Assembly: GCA_965116905.1 (NCBI GenBank)
Contig: OZ220732.1
Coordinates: 1,216,001-1,280,000, forward strand
Direction: 5' to 3'
DNA length: 64,000 bases
From: Longimicrobiales bacterium
GTDB taxonomy: Bacteria > Gemmatimonadota > Gemmatimonadetes > Longimicrobiales > Gaopeijiaceae
A model generated the notes under the pieces. That model did not search any database. It saw only the letters and a list, made by a program, of their open reading frames with translations, and was not told the DNA's origin. Positions 9,298 through 19,720 of the stretch are shown in pieces; positions within the stretch are counted from its first letter, which is position 1, and each line of letters begins with the position of its first letter. A program made the position numbers and the translations under genes.

Positions 9298-9891
9298 TTG
9301 AAGCCCGACGACGATTCGCTGCCGCTGCTGCGGCGGTTGCACGCGCGGGTGTTCGCCGACTCCGAGGTGCGCACGGTGCTGGACGCAGGTTTTGCGCGGC
9401 TGGCTGTGCAGCTGGAGACTCGGGCCGAGCCGCCGCACGCGACTTGTACAGTTCCGATCAAGTTGTTCACGGCGGCGATCGAGAGCCGCGTCGCGGGTGG
9501 CCGGCACGACCGGATCCGACTCTGCCGCCTCTTTTTGCTGCAGCGCGGCGCGCGGATGGCCGTGCCGGAGCGGCACCGCAACAGTGTGCAGCGGCTGGTT
9601 TCGTATCGCGGGCGTGGCAGCATCCACCAGGGCTTTGCCGGCGGGGGCCCGGAGGGGCTGAGGGCGAGGGCGATCTGCAGTCCGGATGCCGATGGCTCCG
9701 GTCTCGCCCGCCACTGGGACATCGTCCCCGCGGGTGTCTGGCACTATCCGGAGGCGGACGGCGCCGAAGACTGGGCGACCGTGACCTTCCACAGCGCTGC
9801 GGAAGGCGAGATTGTGGATGAGTATTCCGGGACGGCGCCTTCACTTGCGAGCATGGAGAATCCCAAGGGGGAGGAGGAGGAGGAGCGATGA
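9298..9891 (+). CDS. Hypothetical protein, possibly cupin-fold
   Basis: TTG start 1 nt after the CocE stop; ERHRNSVQ and VPAGVWHYP resemble the two cupin motifs. Confidence 0.55.
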   Translation: MKPDDDSLPLLRRLHARVFADSEVRTVLDAGFARLAVQLETRAEPPHATCTVPIKLFTAAIESRVAGGRHDRIRLCRLFLLQRGARMAVPERHRNSVQRLVSYRGRGSIHQGFAGGGPEGLRARAICSPDADGSGLARHWDIVPAGVWHYPEADGAEDWATVTFHSAAEGEIVDEYSGTAPSLASMENPKGEEEEER

Positions 9892-9958
9892 GGCAACCGA
9901 GACGAGGTTGCGGATGAGGTTTGGCACGGCAGCACTCACAGTGGAGCACCATGAAGGC

Positions 9959-10056
9959 AACCCTCACGTAACGTCAGGGTTAGCGGAAACCAACGCACCG
10001 GGCGGCGGCGATTGCACGATCGCGTCCTTGGCACGGCATGACGTAACGTCAGGGTT
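9959..10056. repeat. Two copies of the palindromic motif T(C/G)ACGT-A-ACGTCAGGGTT
   Basis: AACCCTCACGTAACGTCAGGGTT at 9959-9981 and TGACGTAACGTCAGGGTT at 10039-10056, each followed by A(G/A)CGGAAA. Confidence 0.75.
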
Positions 10057-10090
10057 AACGGAAAAGAAATCGCGACTGTGCGCCCTCGGA

Positions 10091-13000
10091 ATGGTGAAGC
10101 CACGGCTCCGCACATTGGTGCCCGCCATTCTCGCCCTGTGCCAACTGGCGACCCCGGCTCCGGCTTCGCCGCAGTCCCCACCCGCCGCGCCGCAATCTGC
10201 TGCCGCCTCGCCGCAGACCGCCCCCCGCCCGGCCCTGGACCCCTCCGACCCGGCCCGATGGCAGGTCCCCCCGTCCGAACTCCAGGCGCTGCAGTTCCGC
10301 GAACTCGGTCCCTTCCGCGGCGGCCGCGTCACCACGGTCGCCGGTGTCCGCTCCAGGCCGCACACCTTCTACTTCGGCGCCACCGGCGGAGGGGTCTGGA
10401 GGACCGAGAGCGCGGGGCAGGCGTGGACGAACATCTCGGACCACGGCATCCCGATCGGGTCCATCGGCGCGGTCGCGGTCGCGCCCTCCAACCCGGATGT
10501 CCTCTACGTGGGCACGGGATCCGACGCGATCCGAGGCAATGTCTCTACGGGACGCGGCGTGTACCGCTCCGACGACGACGGCGCAAACTGGCGCTACCTG
10601 GGCCTGCGCGAAGCCGGCCAGATCGGGCGCATTCGCATCCACCCAAACGACCCGGACGTCGCGTACCTGGCCGCGACCGGGCACCCCTTCGGCCCGAACC
10701 CCGAGCGGGGCGTCTACCGCACCCGGGACGGCGGCGAGTCGTGGGAGAACGTCCTCTTCGTCTCGGATTCGACGGGCGCAGTCGAGCTGCTGATGAACGA
10801 GCACGACCCCGACGAACTCTTCGCCGCGATGTGGCGCGCCGAACGCAAGCCCTGGACGATGATCTCGGGCGCCCGCGAGGGCGGCATCTACCGCAGCCGC
10901 GACGGGGGGGACAGCTGGGAGAAGCTCGCGGGCGGCCTCCCGTCGGGGCTGATCGGCAAGATCGGGATCGCTCAAGGCCGCTCCGACCCCGGCAGACTCT
11001 ACGCGATCATCGAGGCCGAGCCGGGGTCCGGCATCTATCGCACGCGCAACGGGGGCGACGACTGGACGCTGGTTAATGACGAGCCGCGACTGCTGGGCCG
11101 CCCTTGGTACTTCCACAACATCTTCGCCGATCCGACCGACGCGGACATTGTGTATGTGGCCGGCGGGGGCTTCCACCGGTCCACGGACGGCGCGGAGAGC
11201 TTCCGGACGATTCGGATGCCCCATTCGGATCATCACGACCTGTGGATTTCGCCCGACAACCCCGATGTGATGGTGCAGGGGAACGACGGCGGTGCGGTGG
11301 TGACCGTCGACGGCGGACGGACGTGGTCCAGCCAGTTGAATCAGCCAACCGCGGAGATGTATTCGGTGACCGTCGACGACCAGTTCCCGTATCGCGTGTA
11401 CGGCTCGCAGCAGGACAACTCGACGCTGTCGCTGCCGAGTTCGGCGACGGGAACGGGGATCAGCCTGCAACACTGGGAGTCGCACGGGGGCTGTGAGACG
11501 GGTCCGGTGACGGTCCATCCGACCGATCCAGCCATTGTCGTGTCCGGCTGCTTCGGCGGCCGGCTTGCGCGCTACAACCGGCGGACCGAGCAGTTCCGCC
11601 AGATCCGGCCGTACCCCGAGCGGCAGGACGGCGCGCCGGAGCGCGAACTGCGCTACCGGATCCAGTGGAATGCGCCAGTGCTCTTCTCGCGCCACGACCC
11701 CGATGTCCTGTATCACGGCTCGCAGTACGTGGCGGTCAGCCGCGACCAGGGCGGGAGCTGGGCGGTCATTTCGCCCGACCTGACCGGCAACGACACCACG
11801 AAGTTCGGCCAGGCGGGCGGCCCGATCACCGCCGATGTGACGGGCGTCGAGATCTATTCGTCGCTGCTGCAGATCGCCGAAGCGCCGGACGACGCGCGCG
11901 TGCTCTGGACCGGCTCGAACGACGGGCGCGTGCACATCACCCACGACGGCGGCGCCACCTGGACCAATGTCACGCCGCCGTCGATGCCCCAGCCGGCCAC
12001 GGTCAACCGGATCGATGTCTCGCCGCATGCGCCCGGCACCGCGTACCTGGCCGCGTACCGCTACCGCCTCGACGACTTCCGCCCGTTCATCTACGCGACG
12101 CGCGACTTCGGCGCGACCTGGACCCTGCTGACCGACGGTGCCAACGGGTTGCCGGCCGACCACCCGACGCGCGTGGTTCGCGAGGATCCCGCGCGGGCCG
12201 GACTGCTCTACGCGGGCACCGAGTTCGGCCTTTTCGTCTCGTTCGACGCGGGCGGGAACTGGCAGCCGCTACAGCGCAACCTGCCGCCCTCGCCCGTGAC
12301 CGACCTTGTGGTGCACCGCGGTGATCTGGTGGTGGGGACTCAAGGGCGAGGCTTCTGGATCCTGGACGACATCACGCCGCTCCGCCATGTGGCCGCCGGT
12401 GAGCCTGCGGGAGACCTCGTCCTCTACCCGGTGCGGCCCGCGTACCGCACCGCCGCCCAGGAACGGGACGGTCACTACGTGCGCGACCACGTCTACGGCG
12501 CGATGATCCCGCGCTACATGAAGGCGAGGAATCCGCCCGAGGGCGCGACAGTCTACTTCAGTCGGCCAGCCGGCGCGGGGGGCACGGTTACGGTGCGCAT
12601 CCTCGAGCGCGACGGCGACCTGGTGCGCGCGTATCAGAACGTCGCGGCCGGCCCGGGCCTGAACCGTTTCAACTGGAACCTGGACTACCCGGCGGGTTCG
12701 GCGGCGGTCGCGGCGCGGGCGGTGCCGGGGACCTACGCGGTGATGATCGAGGAACCGGGCGGCGTGCCCTCCGCGGGCACCAGGACCGAATTCGAGGTGC
12801 GCATGGACCCGCGCCTGGCGGAAGAGATCACGGTGGCGGACCTGCAGGCGCAGTTCGACTACCTGATCAGGGCGCGGGACCGGCTGGACGCGCTCGAGGA
12901 GGCGCTTGCGGGGCTGCGGCAGGTGCGGGGCGACGCCGAGAGCGCCGGTGGCGCGTCCGATGCCAACGACGCGATCCGGGGGGCGGCCGAGCGGGCGGCG

Positions 13001-13315
13001 ACGGCGCTGACGGCGGTCGAGGAGGTGCTCGTGCAGCCGCGCGGGGCGGGCTTCGCGAACCCTTCACGGATTCGCAGCCACCTGAGGTTCGTGATGACGG
13101 CGGCGAGTTCCCAGCGCGGCGAGGATCTGGACGCGCGGCCCACCGAGCAGTTGATCGAGCGGCTGGTCGATCTCGAAGTGGAGCTGGAGGGCGCGCTGAC
13201 CCGGCTGCGCGGCGTGTACACGAACGAGGTCGAGGAGCTGAACGCAGAACTCGAATCCGCGGGCCTCGAGCGGATCCGGATCCCGGCCGTGCCGGGGCGG
13301 CGGGCGGTCAGTTGA
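10091..13315 (+). CDS. Secreted BNR/Asp-box (VPS10/sortilin-like) beta-propeller glycosyl-hydrolase-like protein
   Basis: FRELGPFRGGR, many [ST]xDGGxTW Asp-boxes, DHHDLWI and C-terminal helical region; signal peptide after ATG 10091. Confidence 0.9.
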   Translation: MVKPRLRTLVPAILALCQLATPAPASPQSPPAAPQSAAASPQTAPRPALDPSDPARWQVPPSELQALQFRELGPFRGGRVTTVAGVRSRPHTFYFGATGGGVWRTESAGQAWTNISDHGIPIGSIGAVAVAPSNPDVLYVGTGSDAIRGNVSTGRGVYRSDDDGANWRYLGLREAGQIGRIRIHPNDPDVAYLAATGHPFGPNPERGVYRTRDGGESWENVLFVSDSTGAVELLMNEHDPDELFAAMWRAERKPWTMISGAREGGIYRSRDGGDSWEKLAGGLPSGLIGKIGIAQGRSDPGRLYAIIEAEPGSGIYRTRNGGDDWTLVNDEPRLLGRPWYFHNIFADPTDADIVYVAGGGFHRSTDGAESFRTIRMPHSDHHDLWISPDNPDVMVQGNDGGAVVTVDGGRTWSSQLNQPTAEMYSVTVDDQFPYRVYGSQQDNSTLSLPSSATGTGISLQHWESHGGCETGPVTVHPTDPAIVVSGCFGGRLARYNRRTEQFRQIRPYPERQDGAPERELRYRIQWNAPVLFSRHDPDVLYHGSQYVAVSRDQGGSWAVISPDLTGNDTTKFGQAGGPITADVTGVEIYSSLLQIAEAPDDARVLWTGSNDGRVHITHDGGATWTNVTPPSMPQPATVNRIDVSPHAPGTAYLAAYRYRLDDFRPFIYATRDFGATWTLLTDGANGLPADHPTRVVREDPARAGLLYAGTEFGLFVSFDAGGNWQPLQRNLPPSPVTDLVVHRGDLVVGTQGRGFWILDDITPLRHVAAGEPAGDLVLYPVRPAYRTAAQERDGHYVRDHVYGAMIPRYMKARNPPEGATVYFSRPAGAGGTVTVRILERDGDLVRAYQNVAAGPGLNRFNWNLDYPAGSAAVAARAVPGTYAVMIEEPGGVPSAGTRTEFEVRMDPRLAEEITVADLQAQFDYLIRARDRLDALEEALAGLRQVRGDAESAGGASDANDAIRGAAERAATALTAVEEVLVQPRGAGFANPSRIRSHLRFVMTAASSQRGEDLDARPTEQLIERLVDLEVELEGALTRLRGVYTNEVEELNAELESAGLERIRIPAVPGRRAVS

Positions 13316-13761
13316 GCAGCTCACGGCCTACGTCCGGCTTGCCCAACGCCGCCAACCGCTGCTTCGTCTGCGGCCCGGAAAACCCGATCGGCCTGCACCT
13401 ATCCTTCCGGCTCGAAGACGGCGCCTGCGTCTCCGAGTTCACCCCGGGCGAAAACCACCAGGGCTACCCGGGCGTGATCCACGGCGGGATGATCTACAGC
13501 GCCCTGGACGACGTCATGGCCAACTGGCTGTACCTGCGCGGCGCCCGCGCCTACACGGCCCGCTGCGAGATCCGCTACCGGAAGCCGGCGCGAGAGGGCG
13601 AGAAGCTGCTGCTGGTGGGCCGCCAGGCGGCGCGCAAGCGGAAGCTCGTCGAGATGGAGGGGACCGCAACGCGGGCTTCGGACGGCGAGGTGGTGGCCAC
13701 CGCGACGGCGACCTTTGTGGTGATCGACGAGGAGGAGTTTGCGGGGGTGGGGTCGGGATAG
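13312..13761 (+). CDS. PaaI family (hotdog) thioesterase
   Basis: CFVCGPENPIGL and HQGYPGVIHGG...LDD motifs; TTGA overlap with the upstream stop. Confidence 0.9.
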   Translation: MSSSRPTSGLPNAANRCFVCGPENPIGLHLSFRLEDGACVSEFTPGENHQGYPGVIHGGMIYSALDDVMANWLYLRGARAYTARCEIRYRKPAREGEKLLLVGRQAARKRKLVEMEGTATRASDGEVVATATATFVVIDEEEFAGVGSG

Positions 13762-13780
13762 CGTCCTGGACGGGCGCTCG

Positions 13781-14770
13781 TCACGGCCCCAGATCCGCCG
13801 GTCCGCAGAGCGGCGGCATCCCGGGGCCATCCGGTGCCGCAATGACGTTCAGCTGGCGCTGGGTCGCGGTACCGAAGAAGCCCGTCCCGTCTCCGAAAAC
13901 GGACGGGATGCGGATGATGCCCGACGGGTTGAAGTTGCCCCCCCGGGCCCAGTTCACCCAGTTGCGGTCGGTGGCGGCAATGGCCACCTCCGCCCAGGCT
14001 CCGGCGGGCAGGCCGTCGTCGAGGATGCGAAGGATATCGGCATCGGCCTGCTCACCAAGGTCGAACAGCCCGTATTCCCCGGGAAACAGGATATCGGTGT
14101 CCTTCTCTCCGATCGCGAACCCGGTGAGGTACAGCGAGTCGGGCACTTCGACGTCGCGTCCGGCCAGGGCCGCCGGCAACCCCTCGATCCAGGTGTCGGA
14201 GAGATACGACCAGGTACCCGCCGCCTCGGTCCAGCGGAAGCGGTAGTTGGTGTCGGGCTCGATCCGGCAGTGTCCATCCTCGTGCGTGAGCCCGATGAAC
14301 TCGAAGGCGTCGGGCACCTGGCTGACCCCGGTCAGCGTGCCGCCTTCGCGAAGAACCACCTCGAGCTCGAGGACCTCTCCCGGAGAGAAGGGGGACGGGG
14401 CCACGGTGGTGCGGTAGCACGAGCCGACATCCAGTTCGATAACCTCCTCGTCGTCCTCGTCCTCCCAGGGATCCAGGCAAACACCCCCGCTGTCCGCCGC
14501 CGCCAGATGCACGACCGCCGACTCCCCCGAGACGCGGACAACGGCTCCCTCCACTTCGTCAGCGCGCTGTCCGCTCAGTGTACGGTGCAGATAGGTGTAC
14601 ACGCTGAGGGACGTGCCGCCGTCGCCGTGCTGGTTGATGGTCAGCTGCGCCTCTGCGATCACCACGTCGTCCGACTCGGTGACCGTAACCTCGGTCAGCG
14701 AGCATCCACCGAGAACCGAGGCCCCCGCCAGGAGGACCAGCAACGCCGCGCCACCGTGCAGCCGGCTCAT
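13781..14770 (-). CDS. DUF4249-like lipoprotein, partner of the TonB receptor
   Basis: LGGC lipobox, VEGAVVRV and C-terminal PSVFGDGTGFFG; TGATG coupling to the receptor gene. Confidence 0.75.
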   Translation of the reverse strand: MSRLHGGAALLVLLAGASVLGGCSLTEVTVTESDDVVIAEAQLTINQHGDGGTSLSVYTYLHRTLSGQRADEVEGAVVRVSGESAVVHLAAADSGGVCLDPWEDEDDEEVIELDVGSCYRTTVAPSPFSPGEVLELEVVLREGGTLTGVSQVPDAFEFIGLTHEDGHCRIEPDTNYRFRWTEAAGTWSYLSDTWIEGLPAALAGRDVEVPDSLYLTGFAIGEKDTDILFPGEYGLFDLGEQADADILRILDDGLPAGAWAEVAIAATDRNWVNWARGGNFNPSGIIRIPSVFGDGTGFFGTATQRQLNVIAAPDGPGMPPLCGPADLGP

Positions 14771-17112
14771 CAGAACGAGACCTCGACGCCGAAGGTGGGA
14801 AGGAACGGGATCATCGACACGCCCTCTCGCCTGGGGGGCGAGGACTGGTAGTCGAAGAAGTAGAACAGCACGTTCTTCTGGTTGTAGACGTTGATGATGC
14901 TCAGGTAGGGTGTGATTGTGCCCCAGCTCTTCGTGGCGGTCTTCCGCAACGAGAGATCGAGGCGGTGCCGCGCGGGATAGCGTGCGCCGTTGCGCGGCCC
15001 GAGCACCACCGCATTCCCGTCTTCGACTCCTAGAACCCCGGATACGAACTGCGTCCGGTAGATCTGATAGGTGCCGAGCGGTTTCGTGTACGGCAGGCCG
15101 GTCCCGAAGTTTGCCCTGATCCCCATGTCCAGTCCCCACCAGCCGAGGGCCCGGCGCAGCGAAACGTCGACCTCGAAGCGGCGGTCGAAGACCGGCGGAT
15201 AGGTGATCCACGGCTGAGGCTGGACTCCGACGCGCGTGTCCGGGAAGGACCGGACGGTCTTCAGGAACGAGATCGAGACCCAGCCGGTGGTGTTGCCCCG
15301 GTCCCGCTTGAGGAAGAGATCCACACCGTAGGCGTTGCCGTTGCCGGCCACCAGCGCGTCGGTGTCGTCGTTGGGATCCTCGGCCGAATTGAGGGCGGCC
15401 ACACCATCGAAGTTGCGGTAGTAGCCCTCCAGCGAGGCGAACCACTGGTCATCGTCGCCAAAGAAGCTCTCGGCCCCCAGCTGCACCTGGTCCGAGACCA
15501 CGCGGGGGGCCTCGGCGCCCGCCAGGATCCATGTGTCGAGCCCGAAGGGAAACTCTTCGTCCCGCGTGGAGTGAATGAACTGGCTGTAACGGCCCGCCGC
15601 CAGGCGCACCGCCGAGTTCCTGTCCCGAAGAAAGCGTCTCACGGCGAAGCGGGGCGACAGCGTCGCCTCCGTCGTCCCGGCATTCGGCTGCCAGTAGTCG
15701 ACGCGCACGCCGCCCTCCACCAGCCAGTTCCGGTTGGGGTTCCAGTGAGCCTGGCTGTAGCCGGCAATCTCCAGGCCGCTGCCCTGTTGGTCCAGGAAGG
15801 TCGATCCTCCTCCCAGCAGCCCGTTGTTGTAGGCAACGCGCTTCACCGACACGCCCGACTTCCAGCTCGTGGCCCACGCGGGACGGTGCTCCGTGTCGGC
15901 CCTGAACGTCGCCTCTTCGACCCCGGTCTGGAACTCCGTGTCGACCTCCGGAAACGTCAGGTCGGATCCGAAGCGCGAGAATGAGGCGCGTACGGCCATG
16001 GACGCGCCCCCGGCGAGGGAGTGCGTCCACGAGCCCCCGATCGCGTCGTTTCCCCACCACCACCGGATGGGAATGGGCGTGTCGGAGATCCCCGAGAGGT
16101 CGACGATGTCCCGGCCGCTGTACCCGACTAACCGGAGCCGGCTCCCGCCCACCGTCCAGGCCTCGAAGACGCCCTGCAGGTCCGTCAGGTGGTATGGGAA
16201 GTCCGCCCATGGCTTGATGAGCACGTCCACGTAGGATCGGCGGGCCGAAGCGCGCCATCGGGTTGCGGTGAACCCGAGTTTCTCGGCGACGCTTTCAGGA
16301 AGGCCCCCCTTTACCGCAACACGGGTCGCCAGAAGGCTGATGCCCGCGTCGACTCCGAATAGCCCGTCGCCCGGGTCGCTGGCAATCGTCAGCACCGAAG
16401 ATACGCGGCCGCCGTATTCTGCCGGATAGCCCCCGGACTGCAGCTCGACGCGATCCACCATGTCCGCGTTGAAAACGGAGAAGATGTTGCCCAGGTGAAA
16501 CGGATTGAAGATCGGCACTTCGTCGAGGAGAATGAGATTCTGGTCGGCGGAACCGCCCCGGACGTTGTAGGAGCCGGAGAAATCCGACACGGTCGTCACA
16601 CCCGGGAGCACCTCGACGGCGCGCAACGGGTCCGCCTCGATCAGTACCGGGATCGACTTCAGGTCGCCCGCCTCGATCTCCTGGACCGTGATGCCCGCCG
16701 ACTCTTCGAAACGTGTCTTGGCGCGGCTGCGTTCGGCCTCGACCGTCACGCCCTCGAGCACCACCGCCTCTCCCGCCATGATGACTTCGACCTCGGTCGT
16801 GCCCGCCGCGACACTCACCTCTTCCCGGTGTTCCTCGAAGCCGATACGGGTCACCGTCAGAGCGTAGGTGCCCGGCTGCAGATCGCGGAACGAGAAAAAG
16901 CCCAGATCGTTCGTCAGCGTGTACACCGCCAGAGTGGAGTCCGCGACCGGGTGCAGCTCCGCCACGGCGCCCTCGATGGGACTGCCGTCTTCGGACCAGG
17001 CCCGGCCGTTCAGTTGATTGGCCTGAGCCTCCGCGGCCGATGGAATGGAGAGGAGGAGGAGTGCCCCACACACGGTTGCGAGGCGCCCGGTTGCCGATAC
17101 TTGCTGGTTCAT
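14770..17112 (-). CDS. TonB-dependent receptor with N-terminal carboxypeptidase-regulatory-like domain
   Basis: Plug DPLRAVEVLPGV...NVRGGSADQNLILLD, GGYPAEYGGRVSSV, INVYNQKN and terminal Phe (GVEVSF). Confidence 0.93.
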   Translation of the reverse strand: MNQQVSATGRLATVCGALLLLSIPSAAEAQANQLNGRAWSEDGSPIEGAVAELHPVADSTLAVYTLTNDLGFFSFRDLQPGTYALTVTRIGFEEHREEVSVAAGTTEVEVIMAGEAVVLEGVTVEAERSRAKTRFEESAGITVQEIEAGDLKSIPVLIEADPLRAVEVLPGVTTVSDFSGSYNVRGGSADQNLILLDEVPIFNPFHLGNIFSVFNADMVDRVELQSGGYPAEYGGRVSSVLTIASDPGDGLFGVDAGISLLATRVAVKGGLPESVAEKLGFTATRWRASARRSYVDVLIKPWADFPYHLTDLQGVFEAWTVGGSRLRLVGYSGRDIVDLSGISDTPIPIRWWWGNDAIGGSWTHSLAGGASMAVRASFSRFGSDLTFPEVDTEFQTGVEEATFRADTEHRPAWATSWKSGVSVKRVAYNNGLLGGGSTFLDQQGSGLEIAGYSQAHWNPNRNWLVEGGVRVDYWQPNAGTTEATLSPRFAVRRFLRDRNSAVRLAAGRYSQFIHSTRDEEFPFGLDTWILAGAEAPRVVSDQVQLGAESFFGDDDQWFASLEGYYRNFDGVAALNSAEDPNDDTDALVAGNGNAYGVDLFLKRDRGNTTGWVSISFLKTVRSFPDTRVGVQPQPWITYPPVFDRRFEVDVSLRRALGWWGLDMGIRANFGTGLPYTKPLGTYQIYRTQFVSGVLGVEDGNAVVLGPRNGARYPARHRLDLSLRKTATKSWGTITPYLSIINVYNQKNVLFYFFDYQSSPPRREGVSMIPFLPTFGVEVSF

Positions 17113-17224
17113 GAGCCTCCGCTGCCGCGAGACGCGAGCTGTACAGTTGGTCCTGTGCCGGGCGATGGCCCGTCCAGCTTCCGCGTCCTGCATGTCACCA
17201 ATCGTTCTGCGCACCTAAGATAAG

Positions 17225-17249
17225 GGAACGCACACGGAATCCGGCCGTC
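17225..17249 (+). promoter_or_regulatory. Possible ECF-type promoter of the S9 peptidase
   Basis: GGAAC-N16-CGTC ending 14 nt upstream of ATG 17264. Confidence 0.35.
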
Positions 17250-17263
17250 CAAAGGGGTTGAAC

Positions 17264-19720
17264 ATGAGTATCCGTGCCTTCACCGCGTCCATTCTTCCGC
17301 TTGCCCTGCTGCTGCCTCCACCATCCGGACTGGCCGCGCAGGACGCCTACCGCACACCGCCGCCGGACGTCGTCGACATTCTGGAAGCGGCGCCCTTCCC
17401 CCAGGCGGTGGTCAGCCCTTCCGGCGACTGGATGGTCCTCGCGCACAGCGAGAGCATGCCCGGGATCGAGGATCTGGCCGCCCCCATGCTGCGGCTGGCG
17501 GGGCGCAGGATCAGCCCGGTCCACAACGGGATACACGCCGCGCCGCCATTTGTTCGCTTCTCGGTCGTGGACCTGGCGGGTGGCGACACGCAGGCCGTGA
17601 CCGGCGCCGAGGATGGTCTGGGACCACCCTTCTGGTCGCCGTCCGGCGACACTTTCGCCTTCACGCAAACCGGCTCCGACGGCGTCGCGCTGTGGTTGGC
17701 CGACCCCGAAACCGGCACGGCCCGCGCGCTGACCGGCCCGTCGCTGAACGGCGCCCGGGGCGAACCCTGCTCCTGGATGCCCGATGGGGGCGCGCTGCTC
17801 TGCCACTTTGTCCCCGAAGACCGGGGCGCGCCGCCCGAACCCGCCGCGATTCCCGTCGGCCCCGTCATCCAGGAATCGGGGGGCGAAGCAGCGCCGTCCT
17901 GGACCTTTCAGGACCTGCTGGAAGACGCCCATGACGAGGCGCTGTTCGACTACTACCTGACGTCGCAGCCCGCCATCGTCGATGTCGCCACCGGAGACAT
18001 GCGGCCGGTCGGCGCCGCGGCGGTGTACGAGTCTCTCGAGCCCTCGCCCAGCGGGGAGTACTTCCTCTCGGTCCGCACGGTGCGTCCCTACTCGTACCTG
18101 GTGCCGGACTCGCGCTTCACCAAGGAGGTGGAGGTTCTGGGCAGCGACGGCCGGCCTGTCCGCGCCCTGGCAACGCTGCCGCTGGACGAGGGCGGTCCCG
18201 AACACCTGGGCTTTCGCCGCGCCGGTCTTCGGCAGTTCTCGTGGCGGGCCGGGGTGCCCGCCGCCCTGACCTATATCGAGGCCCTCGATGGCGGCGATCC
18301 CGGCCGGGACATGCCCTACCGCGATCGTGTCCTGACCCTGGCGGCACCCTTCGACGCAGAGGGCGAGGAACTGATCCGCACCGAGCACCGGCTGGGTTCG
18401 GGCGCGTTCGGATTCGGCTACCCGGTCCTGTGGGGCGAGGATGGCGAGACAGCCCTGGTCCAAGAATTCGACTGGCCGACGCGGCGGAGCCGTGCATGGA
18501 TCGTGCAGGCTTCGCCCACCGGCGCCGAGCCGGCGCTCCTCTGGGACCGCAGCACCGACGACTGGTACGGCAATCCCGGCGACCCGGTCATGACCCAGGA
18601 CGGTGCCGGCAAGCCGGTTGTCCGAATGGACGGGACAAGCATCTTCCTGGCGGGACCCGGCGGATCGCCCGAAGGAGACCGGCCCTTCCTGGACCGGCTG
18701 AACCTGGCCACCGCCGAGTTGCGCCGGCTGTTCCACTCGGGCCCGGACAGCTACGAGACAGTGGTTGGCCTGGCGGACGCAGCCGCCGGCCGGATCGTGA
18801 TCCGGCGCGAGACAAGCGAGGAGCCGCCCAACTATCACCTTGTCGCAACCGGCGACGGCGAGCGCACTGCGCTCACGTCCTTCCCCAACCCCCAGCCCCA
18901 GCTCGCGGGAATCACCAAGAGCAAGGTCTACTACGAGCGCGACGACGGGATTCCCCTTTCGGCCGAGCTGTACCTTCCCGCCGGCTACGAGCCGGGCCAG
19001 CGCCTGCCGGTTCTGGTGTGGGCGTACCCGCGCGAGTACGCGGACGAGGACGGGGCTGGACAGGTCCGCGGATCCGCCCACCGCTTCACGACCATTTCCG
19101 GCGCTTCGCACCTCCTGCTCCTGACGCAGGGGTATGCCGTGCTCAACGACGCCGCGATGCCGATCGTCGGGGGCTTCACCGCGAACGACACGTACGTGGA
19201 GCAACTGGTGGCCAACGGCCGGGCCGCGGTGGACAAGCTCGTCGAGATGGGCGTCGCCGACCGCGACCGGGTCGGGATCGCCGGTCACAGCTACGGGGCC
19301 TTCATGACCGCCAACATGCTGGCCCACTCGGACGACTTCGCCGCCGGGATCGCGCGCAGCGGCGCCTTCAACAGGAGCCTGACGCCCTTCGGCTTCCAGT
19401 ACGAGCGCCGCACCTTCTGGGAGGCTCCCGAAGTCTACTTCGGCATGTCGGCCTTCATGCACGCGGAAAAGATCAACGAGCCGCTGCTCCTGACGCACGG
19501 CGTGATCGACAACAACTCCGGCACCTTCCCCGTGCAATCGGAGCGGATGTACCACGCCGTCAAGGGTCTGGGCGGCACGGTCCGCCTGGTGATGCTGCCG
19601 CACGAGAGCCACGGCTACCGGGCACGCGAGTCGGTGTTGCACATGGTGTGGGAGATGTTCGACTGGATGCGCCGTCACGTCGACGAGCGGGAGCGGCAGT
19701 TGATCCCCGACGGGGGATAG
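17264..19720 (+). CDS. S9 family (prolyl oligopeptidase-like) secreted peptidase
   Basis: GHSYGAF nucleophile, DNNSGT Asp, HESHGY His and WAYPRE motifs; signal peptide. Confidence 0.93.
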   Translation: MSIRAFTASILPLALLLPPPSGLAAQDAYRTPPPDVVDILEAAPFPQAVVSPSGDWMVLAHSESMPGIEDLAAPMLRLAGRRISPVHNGIHAAPPFVRFSVVDLAGGDTQAVTGAEDGLGPPFWSPSGDTFAFTQTGSDGVALWLADPETGTARALTGPSLNGARGEPCSWMPDGGALLCHFVPEDRGAPPEPAAIPVGPVIQESGGEAAPSWTFQDLLEDAHDEALFDYYLTSQPAIVDVATGDMRPVGAAAVYESLEPSPSGEYFLSVRTVRPYSYLVPDSRFTKEVEVLGSDGRPVRALATLPLDEGGPEHLGFRRAGLRQFSWRAGVPAALTYIEALDGGDPGRDMPYRDRVLTLAAPFDAEGEELIRTEHRLGSGAFGFGYPVLWGEDGETALVQEFDWPTRRSRAWIVQASPTGAEPALLWDRSTDDWYGNPGDPVMTQDGAGKPVVRMDGTSIFLAGPGGSPEGDRPFLDRLNLATAELRRLFHSGPDSYETVVGLADAAAGRIVIRRETSEEPPNYHLVATGDGERTALTSFPNPQPQLAGITKSKVYYERDDGIPLSAELYLPAGYEPGQRLPVLVWAYPREYADEDGAGQVRGSAHRFTTISGASHLLLLTQGYAVLNDAAMPIVGGFTANDTYVEQLVANGRAAVDKLVEMGVADRDRVGIAGHSYGAFMTANMLAHSDDFAAGIARSGAFNRSLTPFGFQYERRTFWEAPEVYFGMSAFMHAEKINEPLLLTHGVIDNNSGTFPVQSERMYHAVKGLGGTVRLVMLPHESHGYRARESVLHMVWEMFDWMRRHVDERERQLIPDGG

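Noticed and set aside
9294..9300. Sec readthrough at other TGA stops (CocE at 9294; anti-sigma at 33801)
   Set aside because: The downstream genes are out of frame and the upstream proteins look complete
9921..10045. TTGGCACGGCA x2 as sigma54 promoters
   Set aside because: The -24 element fits, but neither copy has TTGC at -12
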